Part shown: positions 1 to 7,981 of the stretch, piece by piece | Numbering within the stretch: the first letter of the stretch is position 1 | How the letters are laid out: the number at the start of each line of letters is the position of its first letter | NCBI GenBank assembly: GCA_048941285.1 | Contig: JBHLNS010000010.1 | Location: 20,177 to 84,176, forward strand | Length of the DNA: 64,000 nucleotides | Direction of reading: 5' to 3' | Origin: Promethearchaeota archaeon | GTDB lineage: Archaea > Asgardarchaeota > Lokiarchaeia > Sigyniarchaeales > SOKP01 | Made by a program: the position numbers and the translations under genes | Notes under the pieces: generated by a model | The model's input: only the letters and a program-made list of their open reading frames with translations | Told to the model about the DNA's origin: nothing | The model's database searches: none

Positions 1-75
1 TGCTTCAACCTTACAACATTGTGAATCCATGGTCGATGGGGTACATGCACAATTTTGATTTTCTTGTCCGGACAT
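1..75 (-). CDS. partial CDS, N-terminus of an unassigned Cys-rich protein (continues past window start)
   Basis: Minus-strand ATG at 75..73, open to the window edge; reads MSGQENQNCACTPSTMDSQCCKVEA...; too short for family assignment. Confidence 0.3.
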   Translation of the reverse strand, partial: MSGQENQNCACTPSTMDSQCCKVEA

Positions 76-116
76 AATTTTTATAAGACTTTTCTTCTTT
101 ATAAACTTTTTCCCCA

Positions 117-147
117 TTTTCCTACTTTTCCTACTTTTCCCACTTTT
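117..147. repeat. short tandem repeat, 9-bp unit TTTTCC(T/C)AC x3 plus a partial copy, in a divergent intergenic region
   Basis: Read directly: ttttcctac ttttcctac ttttcccac tttt, between the minus-strand partial gene (start 75) and the plus-strand thioesterase (start 305). Confidence 0.6.
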
Positions 148-304
148 ATAATTAAAAAAATGAACTTTTCTTAAAAAAAAAACATAGTAATGAGGAAAGC
201 TTCGGAAGGCGAACTTTTTTATATCAAAAAAATCATGATCTTTGAGCTTTCTACAAATTTCACTAATTAATAAATATTATATTGAAATGTATTTTACATA
301 GATT

Positions 305-733
305 ATGTCTAAACCTAGTTCTCTTAAATCTAAAGGATTTCACCCATTTGGAGATTTAATTGGATTTGAATTCACAAATCTAAAAAAAGGATATTCACAA
401 TGTGTTTTAAAGATTAATAAAAATCATTTTAATCCACATAAAACTGTACACGGTGCTGTTATGTATTCAATGGCAGACACGGGTATGGGAGGTGCATTAT
501 ATTCATTATTAGAAAAAGATGAGTCGTGTGCAACTGTAGAAATTAAAATTACATATTTTAAACCCGTTAAAGAAGGAACACTTATCTGTGATACAAAGGT
601 AATTCATAGAGGCAAATCTTTTGGTGTCCTAGAGTCAGAGGTTATGAATGGAGAATTACTAGTTTCGAAGGCATATGGGACTTTTTCAATATTCAAAATT
701 AGAAAAAATAATAAGAAAATTAACCATGAATGA
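305..733 (+). CDS. PaaI-family (hotdog fold) acyl-CoA thioesterase
   Basis: 142 aa; HGAVMYSMADTGMGGALYS motif and size typical of PaaI/phenylacetate-degradation-type thioesterases. Confidence 0.8.
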   Translation: MSKPSSLKSKGFHPFGDLIGFEFTNLKKGYSQCVLKINKNHFNPHKTVHGAVMYSMADTGMGGALYSLLEKDESCATVEIKITYFKPVKEGTLICDTKVIHRGKSFGVLESEVMNGELLVSKAYGTFSIFKIRKNNKKINHE

Positions 734-1073
734 TAAAAAATGTAGAGTTATTAAAGATTATAATTCCCCTTATACAGATCCGTTATTCTTTAAGAAAGAT
801 GAGATAGTATCAATTGGTGAGAAAGATAGTGAATGGTCTGGATGGATTTGGTGTACTAATAAATTAGGTGAAAGCCGTTGGGTACCTGAAAATTATCTTA
901 AAATTCGGGGAGAAAAAGGCATAATAAAACGGGATTATAATGCTATAGAACTTAATGTGAAAATTGGAGAAGTATACAGTATTAAAGAAGAAGAAGCAGA
1001 ATGGTATTGGGTTATAAATAAAGAGGGTAAAAGTGGTTGGGTTCCCATTAAAAATGTTCAATTAATTGAATAA
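726..1073 (+). CDS. tandem SH3-domain protein
   Basis: Start chosen at ATG 726 (MNDKK...), which overlaps the upstream stop by 8 nt (ATGAATGA); the track ORF opens at 675 inside the thioesterase. Two SH3-like repeats: VIKDYNSPYTDPLFFKKDEIVSI..GWIWCTNKLGESRWVPENYLKI and IKRDYNAIELNVKIGEVYSI..EWYWVINKEGKSGWVPIKNVQLI. Confidence 0.65.
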   Translation: MNDKKCRVIKDYNSPYTDPLFFKKDEIVSIGEKDSEWSGWIWCTNKLGESRWVPENYLKIRGEKGIIKRDYNAIELNVKIGEVYSIKEEEAEWYWVINKEGKSGWVPIKNVQLIE

Positions 1074-1109
1074 TTATGAAATCTTAGATTTTATGAATGA
1101 AATATTAAA

Positions 1110-1931
1110 TTGATTACCCGAATCATGGTAAAACACTCCAACAGTAAAAATTGGTTTGAAATTATAAAGCAAAAAGAGTATCTTTATATAATCCGGGAGA
1201 GATTGGATGAAATTGATCCTCGGTTTTATACATTTTATATTAATTCATTCGTTATAGAGGGTTCTCATTCTGCGTTATTAATTGATACCGGCTCTGGATT
1301 ATTTCCAATTAAACCAATTATCAGTGACCTTATTTTAGATAAAAAATTGATTGTAATAAACACTCATTCTCATTTTGATCATATTGGTGGAAATCATGAG
1401 TTTAATGAGGTTCTAATTCACAAGAAAGAACGGAACGAAATTTCTAAACCGCATGACATTTCATTCTTTAAAAATTCATCTAAAGAAATGGCTAAACTTT
1501 ATGAGAAATTAAATTATACTCTTCCACCTACCAATAATATCCATTCAATAAAAGATGGCTTTACGTTAGATCTGGGTGAATTATCAGTGAAGATAATTCA
1601 TACCCCTGGACATTCAGCGGGTTCAATTTGCTTGCTAACCAGTAGAAATGAATTTTTCAGCGGAGACTCAGCTCATTATGGTACTATGTACCTCTATAAA
1701 AAGAATTTTTCAATTATGCTCTCTAACCTTTCAAAATTACTAGATTTATTTCAAGAAACTAAAATTGAAATTTACCCTTCACACGAAGAATTTGCTGTTG
1801 GTAAAGAATTATTAATTGACCTTAGTAAGGGAATAAAAAATATCGATAATATCTGGGATACAAAAGTTCGAGATGAATTTTTAGAAGCTTGGATATTAAA
1901 TGATGAAATTTTTAAATACGTAATATTCTAA
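1110..1931 (+). CDS. MBL-fold metallo-hydrolase
   Basis: HxHxDH zinc motif THSHFDHIGG and HTPGHSAGS; track ORF opens at TTG 1110, first ATG at 1125 (MVKHS...). Confidence 0.8.
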   Translation: MITRIMVKHSNSKNWFEIIKQKEYLYIIRERLDEIDPRFYTFYINSFVIEGSHSALLIDTGSGLFPIKPIISDLILDKKLIVINTHSHFDHIGGNHEFNEVLIHKKERNEISKPHDISFFKNSSKEMAKLYEKLNYTLPPTNNIHSIKDGFTLDLGELSVKIIHTPGHSAGSICLLTSRNEFFSGDSAHYGTMYLYKKNFSIMLSNLSKLLDLFQETKIEIYPSHEEFAVGKELLIDLSKGIKNIDNIWDTKVRDEFLEAWILNDEIFKYVIF

Positions 1932-2047
1932 TAATTCCTATTTCTCTCCAAAACAAAATATTTTGATTTATATAACATCAAGGAAGAAACTTTTTAAGTA
2001 TTTTCTAATAAACGAAGTTATAATATAACTGAAAAGGAGCATTTGGT

Positions 2048-2833
2048 ATGACTAAGACTCATAATGGATTAAATGAAACCTTAAAAACTATTTTTAGTTT
2101 AAGATCAACTCGAAATTATTCTGAAAAGCAGATATCCAAAGACGATTTAAATCTAATAATAAGGGCTTCAGTAAGAGCTGCTAATGCCTCAGGAAGGCAA
2201 AGTTATTCAATAATTGTTGTCGATGATAATTATCTTTTAAAAAAGTATTTCTATTCTGCTAACATAGGTTTACTGTTTTGTGTAGATTTTAATAGAATCA
2301 TTGATGCTGCTAAACATTTAAATCATACTTTTGCTTTGAATAATCTAAGATTTTTTATTACAGGATCGACTGACACTATTCTTGCTGCTCAAACAGCTGC
2401 TATTGCAGCAAAATCTCTAGCAATCGACTCATTATTTACTAATAGTGTTCATAGAGAAGAATTAAAAGTTGTTTATGAAGATTTCAAACTTCCTGATATG
2501 TTTTGCTTTCCTTTAATCGCCCTTTGCTTGGGTTATGCCTCCAAAGAACCAAAAATTTTGAAAGGGCGTTTAAATAGCTTGGGAGTTGTTCATCATAATA
2601 AATACCATCGATTATCAGAAGGGGAATTAGATAAAGTTATTCAAGAATATGATGATGAGGAAAAACATATAGCTCTTTCATGGGAAAATTGGAAAGAAAC
2701 AGGTTTTAAGCATTACCTAGATTGGTTTTATACCAAATGGTCACGAGAAATACCAAAAGAAAAATTACAGGAATTCCACTTAACATTAAAGAAAACTGGA
2801 TTTATAGATCCAAAATGGTACAATGATGTGTAG
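2048..2833 (+). CDS. nitroreductase family protein
   Basis: N-terminal LRSTRNYSEKQISKDDLNLIIRASVRAANASGRQSYSIIVVDD is the typical nitroreductase signature; GGAG upstream of the ATG. Confidence 0.75.
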   Translation: MTKTHNGLNETLKTIFSLRSTRNYSEKQISKDDLNLIIRASVRAANASGRQSYSIIVVDDNYLLKKYFYSANIGLLFCVDFNRIIDAAKHLNHTFALNNLRFFITGSTDTILAAQTAAIAAKSLAIDSLFTNSVHREELKVVYEDFKLPDMFCFPLIALCLGYASKEPKILKGRLNSLGVVHHNKYHRLSEGELDKVIQEYDDEEKHIALSWENWKETGFKHYLDWFYTKWSREIPKEKLQEFHLTLKKTGFIDPKWYNDV

Positions 2834-2856
2834 ATTTGGATAGTAAATGCATTTAA

Positions 2857-3414
2857 TTATTTTAATTTAATGTGAGTATATCCTTTTTGGTTAAGGATTT
2901 CCATTAATAAAACCCCAAATATAGTTTGTACATTTTCTCCTGTTTTTGATGAACATTCAATATAGCCATGAAGTTTATGTAATTCCATCAAATCCATTGC
3001 TTCTTCTTTATTACAGACTCTTTGTTCTTTAAGGTCGAGTTTACTACCAACCATTAAAATAGGAATATTTCTTGATATTTTTCGAACTTCTGGAAGCCAA
3101 TTAATCATATTAACGAGTGTTTCATAATTTGTAAGGTCAAATACGAAAATTCCTCCAGATGATCCTTGAGCATACGCAGGTAATAGGAATTTGAACTTAT
3201 CTTCACCACCAAAATCCCATACTTGGAGTGTTACTCTTCCATTTTCTATATCTAATAACTTAATATGGATAGCTGCTCCTAAAGTCGATTTAATATCATC
3301 AAAAAATTTATTAGTTAGATACCGACTTATGAGAGTAGTTTTCCCAACTCCACTATCCCCAAAAACACAAATTTTGTATGTAAGGTTTAATCCTTCCTCT
3401 TCATTCATGACCAT
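2857..3414 (-). CDS. Ras-superfamily small GTPase (Rab/Ras-like)
   Basis: 185 aa; G1 GDSGVGKT, switch-I Thr in KSTLGA, G3 WDFGGE (DxxG), G4 SKLD (NKxD variant), G5 CSSK (SAK-like). Confidence 0.85.
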   Translation of the reverse strand: MVMNEEEGLNLTYKICVFGDSGVGKTTLISRYLTNKFFDDIKSTLGAAIHIKLLDIENGRVTLQVWDFGGEDKFKFLLPAYAQGSSGGIFVFDLTNYETLVNMINWLPEVRKISRNIPILMVGSKLDLKEQRVCNKEEAMDLMELHKLHGYIECSSKTGENVQTIFGVLLMEILNQKGYTHIKLK

Positions 3415-3692
3415 TTCAAAATATCACTATATATATCTTCAAAGGTTGATGAGTTCTTCACATAAAATATTACTTTTTTATACCATTTTGTTTAGAACTA
3501 ATAATTTGTGGCAGAGTACTTTCTCCTTATTAAGATCTTTTTTAATAAATTTAAACATTTAGGTCTTAAATTTTATAAAAGATTTTTAGATGAACCTCAA
3601 ATAACTTTAAATAATAAATTCTCAATAAAACAATGATATCTAATAAATATATGGCTAGTGATGCGATTTTACGGTATAAAGGCTTTAAGATC

Positions 3693-4637
3693 TTAAGACT
3701 CTGCTCCTTTTTTAAATTCAAAGGAAATTATTGCCGTGTCTTTTATTCCTAATTTCGTGCTTAATTTTCTAATATAATTTATCCTCCTTTTTCTTATTAA
3801 ATCATTAAGGATTACAGATGGCACTAAAGAGATTATCAAATAAAGCGGCATTCCCAACCATAATATTAAGCTAGGAATATTAAAAATATTTCCAGGTAAT
3901 CCATAATTAGCAGTAAATCTGGTTATAAAATCATTTACTGTCAAGATGTACGTAAGAATAGCACCAATGCCTGCATAACTTCTAAGAATTGTTTGAAACC
4001 ATTCACCTATAGACTTTAGGACAATTGGTTCAGTAGAATTCTCAATTTTATCTTTGTTGGAGTATATTATTCCTGAGTCTCTCAAGAACCAAACAGAAGA
4101 GAAGAACATTGTTGCTAAACCAAAAGTTAACATTAATAATATGGTTTCCGCAAAAAATCTTGTTAGCATTGGGATTCTAGAAACATTATCAAAAATATTT
4201 GTTATATCTGCTGATAATATGAATTCAACTATATTAGGAGTAAAAAGAATAGAAGATAAATTAATTGCCATTAACACTGGAAAAAAACCTTGAGAAAACA
4301 GGAGTATTTTTTCGTTACGTTTTTCTAACTGTATTCCATAATGCATTCTTGAGCCAAAAAACTTTTTATGCAAGAATAAAATAATAGGACTTATAAGATA
4401 GCCTCCAATAAGTAGGCCTATTAAAGCAGAAAGAGGAAGTATAATAATGAATATAAATCCAAGTTCTAAAAGTACATCATCTAAAGGTATAAAACGAGAT
4501 AGATCAATTGGAATCGCTGGTCTAAAGAACATTTCTAAAATAATTATTATAATTATCCAAAAAACGAAATAAATACAATATAATATTATTAGCTTTTTAT
4601 ACTTGGAAATATTCATGAGAGTGAAAGTCTTGGACAA
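3693..4637 (-). CDS. polytopic membrane protein, function unknown
   Basis: 314 aa, multiple long hydrophobic segments; no recognisable catalytic motif. Confidence 0.55.
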   Translation of the reverse strand: MSKTFTLMNISKYKKLIILYCIYFVFWIIIIIILEMFFRPAIPIDLSRFIPLDDVLLELGFIFIIILPLSALIGLLIGGYLISPIILFLHKKFFGSRMHYGIQLEKRNEKILLFSQGFFPVLMAINLSSILFTPNIVEFILSADITNIFDNVSRIPMLTRFFAETILLMLTFGLATMFFSSVWFLRDSGIIYSNKDKIENSTEPIVLKSIGEWFQTILRSYAGIGAILTYILTVNDFITRFTANYGLPGNIFNIPSLILWLGMPLYLIISLVPSVILNDLIRKRRINYIRKLSTKLGIKDTAIISFEFKKGAES

Positions 4638-4688
4638 TTTTTAAGAGCTTCTTTGTAAATAATTAAGTTTTTGATAAATTTAATAATT

Positions 4689-5420
4689 TCACTTTGAGTT
4701 AAGCAACTTATTTTTTTTCCACCAATAAGGAATATCAAAAGGAGTTAATATTTTATCATTATAGAGTAATATTTTATCCTCTATAAAAGAAAATGCAAAA
4801 CCCCCAAGATAATTTATCCACTTTTTACTTGGAGGTATTCCAAACCAACCAAATCTCAATGCCAATAAATGTAAGTCATGGGTTACATGAATATCCAAAG
4901 TCTTTTCAGGAGCTTTTTCAACATTCTCCCACATTATATCTGCTGCTTTTTGAGAATATTCAATTAAAGGGGTCCAAAGTTTAGGGGAATAAAGACCTGC
5001 ACTCCAACGGTTGAAAATCTTAAATATATCGTATTTTTTGTTCTCTTCTAAAAAAAGTTCTAAATTAATACCTATATGATATAAAGGGAGTAAGTCTCCT
5101 TTCAAAACGACATCACCTCCAATTTCTTTAAAACCATTGAAAATGTCTTCAGCAGTATCCTTGCATCTACCAGCTTTACTGTGAAATAAGCGAATTCGTT
5201 TATCTTTTGGTAAATTTTTACCAAAAAAATTAGCTATTTTTCTTCCTTCAGGAGTTAAGCTTAAATCTGCGTCTACATCGAAAATCTCAGGTTCATTTCT
5301 TTGAGAATGTCTTAAAAGAAGAGTTATTTTTGAATCATTTGGAAATTTCTTAAGACCTTCAATTACTTGTTGTGCCTCTGATGACCACTCAGCTTCCTTC
5401 CAGATTTTATCGATATCCAT
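4689..5420 (-). CDS. histidine phosphatase family protein (phosphoglycerate-mutase-like)
   Basis: LLLRHSQR (RHG-type catalytic motif) near the N-terminus and a second His in HVTHDLHL. Confidence 0.7.
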   Translation of the reverse strand: MDIDKIWKEAEWSSEAQQVIEGLKKFPNDSKITLLLRHSQRNEPEIFDVDADLSLTPEGRKIANFFGKNLPKDKRIRLFHSKAGRCKDTAEDIFNGFKEIGGDVVLKGDLLPLYHIGINLELFLEENKKYDIFKIFNRWSAGLYSPKLWTPLIEYSQKAADIMWENVEKAPEKTLDIHVTHDLHLLALRFGWFGIPPSKKWINYLGGFAFSFIEDKILLYNDKILTPFDIPYWWKKNKLLNSK

Positions 5421-5504
5421 AGAATTTTAAATTTTGTATATCTTTAGAAAATTTTCTTTTTGTAAATTTAATATTCAATTGAAGCATGAAAAGAAATATC
5501 AAAA

Positions 5505-5840
5505 TTATTTATCGCTTAATCCAGTTAATACTTGTTCCATTTTTTTGCGATAAATATCAAAAGCCTCCCTGCCTTGTTTACTTAGTTTCAAGATAGTTTG
5601 AGGTTTTTTACCCTTAAACTTTTTCTCTACATTTACATAGCCTACTGATTCAAGCTTGTTTAAATGGGATGATAGATTTCCATCAGTTAGTCCTGTTTGG
5701 TTCCTTAAGAAGACGAAATCAGCACTCTCGACAACATATAAATATGACATAATCATCAACCTTGCTGGTTCATGAATAACTTTGTTAATATCAGTGAGAG
5801 GTTGGATAATATCATCTGACTCCGCCTTCTTCTTTGTCAT
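5505..5840 (-). CDS. winged-helix transcriptional regulator (HTH_34/ArsR-like)
   Basis: IHEPARLMIMSYLYVVESADFVFLRNQTGLTDGNLSSHLNKLESVGYVNVEKKFKGKKPQT..LSKQGREAF matches the HTH_34-type wHTH pattern; lies 10 nt downstream of the paralogue array. Confidence 0.75.
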   Translation of the reverse strand: MTKKKAESDDIIQPLTDINKVIHEPARLMIMSYLYVVESADFVFLRNQTGLTDGNLSSHLNKLESVGYVNVEKKFKGKKPQTILKLSKQGREAFDIYRKKMEQVLTGLSDK

Positions 5841-5850
5841 ATAATATCAC

Positions 5851-6486
5851 CTATTTTGGTATGGGAAATTTTTTTAAAAACCGAATAAAATTATATAAAC
5901 CGATAATAATAATTCCAGCACCAATTATACCAAACGTAAGAAGAGTATCTAAGGGAGACCCTACAAGGGGATGAATCAAATATGTTAAAAATAGTCCAAT
6001 TCCTGCAAAAAAAGCGTAATAATACAGTCTAGTGAAATCTAAAAAATAAGCAACGATACATAAAGGAAAAGTGAAAAATCCAATTCCTAATATCAGTGTT
6101 AAAAGAAGTGGTTCAAGTTGTATGTTTCTGAGTAAGCCTGTAAAAGGTAAAATGGCTAAAATTAAATTCACTATGGCGAATAAAGCTAAAAATATTTTGA
6201 GTTTTAGTTGTCTTGACTTGCGTTTTGGGCCAAATTTAACAAATCCGATACGTGGGATTGTGATGAACTTTTTACCTAAATAGAATATTAAAAATGCTAT
6301 GATATTTAACACTAAAGCAGGAATAATCATAATCCAAACTTCAGATAAATCAAAAAGTGAGCCTATTGACGTTCCAATCCCCAAACTTAAAATTATCATG
6401 CCCATAAACAAATCCCATAATCCATCATCAAACACAGACCTATAAGCTTTTTTTTCAAGTGATTTTAGATCAATTTTTTCTGCCAT
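5851..6486 (-). CDS. membrane protein, tandem paralogue 3 of 3 (unknown family)
   Basis: 211 aa; shares an N-terminal IDLKSLEKK...DGLWD motif, a central PRIGFVKFGPKRKSR loop and a C-terminal FIRFLKKFPIPK with the two upstream genes. Confidence 0.65.
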   Translation of the reverse strand: MAEKIDLKSLEKKAYRSVFDDGLWDLFMGMIILSLGIGTSIGSLFDLSEVWIMIIPALVLNIIAFLIFYLGKKFITIPRIGFVKFGPKRKSRQLKLKIFLALFAIVNLILAILPFTGLLRNIQLEPLLLTLILGIGFFTFPLCIVAYFLDFTRLYYYAFFAGIGLFLTYLIHPLVGSPLDTLLTFGIIGAGIIIIGLYNFIRFLKKFPIPK

Positions 6487-6489
6487 ATA

Positions 6490-7128
6490 CTAAGAAATCT
6501 CCTCTTTTGGTAATGGATATTTTTTAAGAAATCGAATAAAAATTACTAAGCCTATGATTAAAATTATACAGCCGATAATCCCATATGATAATAACCATCT
6601 AATTCTATAATCCATGAATGCGTGTAATAAGTCATTAATTAATACTGCTAACCATATAAGCATACCAATAAAATATAGTCGCGAAAACTTCATTAAATAA
6701 GCTATTATGGCGCAAATAGGTATGATAAATAAGCCAATAATTAATATAAAAACTATCCCTTGAACTTGTATTCCAGAACCATTTCCAACAACTAGTAAAG
6801 AAAGAAAGATTATCTGAATTACAAATTGAACCGAAATGACAACAATTAATTTTTTTCCTATTGATTTTAAAGAAGTTCCAGGTTTTGCAATTCCAGTTCG
6901 AGGCTGAATGACATATTTTATGATAAAGATAGGGACCACACATGCAATACTAACAATAATTAGTGGCCATAAAAAATAATTATAAGGTGTAGGTAAACCC
7001 TCACGAAAGATTGGCCCAAAAGACATTCCAGTAACAACAAAACCAAGTATTATATCAAAAAGACCATGTTGATGAGCCGTTTTGAGAACATTTTTCTCTA
7101 TAGTCTTTAAATCAATATTTTTATTCAT
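6490..7128 (-). CDS. membrane protein, tandem paralogue 2 of 3 (unknown family)
   Basis: 212 aa; IDLKTIEKN...HGLFD, PRTGIAKPG loop, FIRFLKKYPLPK; 3-nt gaps to both neighbours. Confidence 0.65.
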   Translation of the reverse strand: MNKNIDLKTIEKNVLKTAHQHGLFDIILGFVVTGMSFGPIFREGLPTPYNYFLWPLIIVSIACVVPIFIIKYVIQPRTGIAKPGTSLKSIGKKLIVVISVQFVIQIIFLSLLVVGNGSGIQVQGIVFILIIGLFIIPICAIIAYLMKFSRLYFIGMLIWLAVLINDLLHAFMDYRIRWLLSYGIIGCIILIIGLVIFIRFLKKYPLPKEEIS

Positions 7129-7131
7129 AAA

Positions 7132-7779
7132 TTAAGGTGTCTCCTGTTTTGATAATGGATATTTCCTGATAAATTTTACTAGAGATACAACCCCAATGAA
7201 GATAATGATACAGCTTACAATTCCGAATGCTGTCAAAGCATCGAATGGTTCTGGGATAATAAAAAAGAATAATTCTGATAGAAAGAAACTTAATCCCACC
7301 AAAATAGCTATAAAATACAATCTAGTATATTGAAGGAAATATGCTGCAAAAGATAATGGAGCTGTTATAAATAGTAATCCTATAATTAATCCCTCTATAT
7401 AACCCGGAAAAATTGATCTCAAGGCTGGATTTACTAATCGTAAAATAAAAAGAATTAAGAGAATAACCGAATTAATAGATAACACTATTATTATTTTTAA
7501 TTTCCGGGACTTTTGTCTAAATCCAAATTTTACAACTCCTAAACGGGGCTGTGTAATAAATTTTTTACCGAGTAAAAATAGAACTAACCCAATTATGATG
7601 AGAATTATTGGTAATAAGCTATCAAAAGGTTCAGGTAATAAATCCCCTAGGGTTATGCCTATACCAATACTTAGAACCAACATACCAAAGTAGATATCTA
7701 GGAGACCGTCCTCAAGGGTAGATTTCCATGTTTTCTTTTCAATTTCCTTTAAATCAATTTTATTTGTTATCTTTCTCAC
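7132..7779 (-). CDS. membrane protein, tandem paralogue 1 of 3 (unknown family)
   Basis: 215 aa; GTG start; IDLKEIEKK...DGLLD, PRLGVVKFGFRQKSRK loop, VKFIRKYPLSK. Confidence 0.6.
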   Translation of the reverse strand: MRKITNKIDLKEIEKKTWKSTLEDGLLDIYFGMLVLSIGIGITLGDLLPEPFDSLLPIILIIIGLVLFLLGKKFITQPRLGVVKFGFRQKSRKLKIIIVLSINSVILLILFILRLVNPALRSIFPGYIEGLIIGLLFITAPLSFAAYFLQYTRLYFIAILVGLSFFLSELFFFIIPEPFDALTAFGIVSCIIIFIGVVSLVKFIRKYPLSKQETP

Positions 7780-7793
7780 CTTGATGTTAAATC

Positions 7794-7889
7794 TTAAAAG
7801 ATACTATTTAAGTACATCATGAGAGCCACCACAAGTATAGAAAAAAATACAATAAATAGTATGATTCTTAAAAGTAATATCTTTTTCAT
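7794..7889 (-). CDS. 31-codon micro-ORF encoding a single-TM peptide (below the ORF-track cutoff)
   Basis: Hand translation: MKKILLLRIILFIVFFSILVVALMMYLNSIF*; GGAGGAG lies 6 nt upstream of the ATG; the stop is 14 nt upstream of the GTG of the first paralogue. Confidence 0.4.
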   Translation of the reverse strand: MKKILLLRIILFIVFFSILVVALMMYLNSIF

Positions 7890-7942
7890 TTATTTCTCCT
7901 CCTTTGATATATTTTTTTTTATTTTTCACTTGATAATTTGTT

Positions 7943-7960
7943 AAAAAAAAAAGAAAAAAA
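7943..7960 (-). terminator. oligo-T tract (T7-C-T10 on the minus strand) after the ABC permease
   Basis: The plus strand reads A10-G-A7, about 20 nt downstream of the permease stop (7982). Oligo-T is the known archaeal termination signal; the AT-rich background lowers specificity. Confidence 0.4.
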
Positions 7961-7981
7961 TGAGATTTATCAGTTATAATT

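Noticed and set aside
117-147. Possibility that the short direct repeats near the window start represent a CRISPR array or minisatellite
   Set aside because: There are only three contiguous 9-bp units without spacers, far too short for CRISPR. It is reported simply as a small tandem repeat.
675-725. Upstream ATG at 675 as the start of the SH3 protein (as in the ORF track)
   Set aside because: That start lies 59 nt inside the thioesterase gene and adds a non-conserved, hydrophobic-poor leader. ATG 726 gives the classic stop/start overlap and begins just before the first SH3 repeat.
2857-3414. Idea that the ICMT-like methyltransferases process the local small GTPase, as in eukaryotic CaaX maturation
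   Set aside because: The GTPase ends in ...GYTHIKLK with no Cys near the C-terminus. No prenyltransferase or CaaX protease gene is seen in the window.
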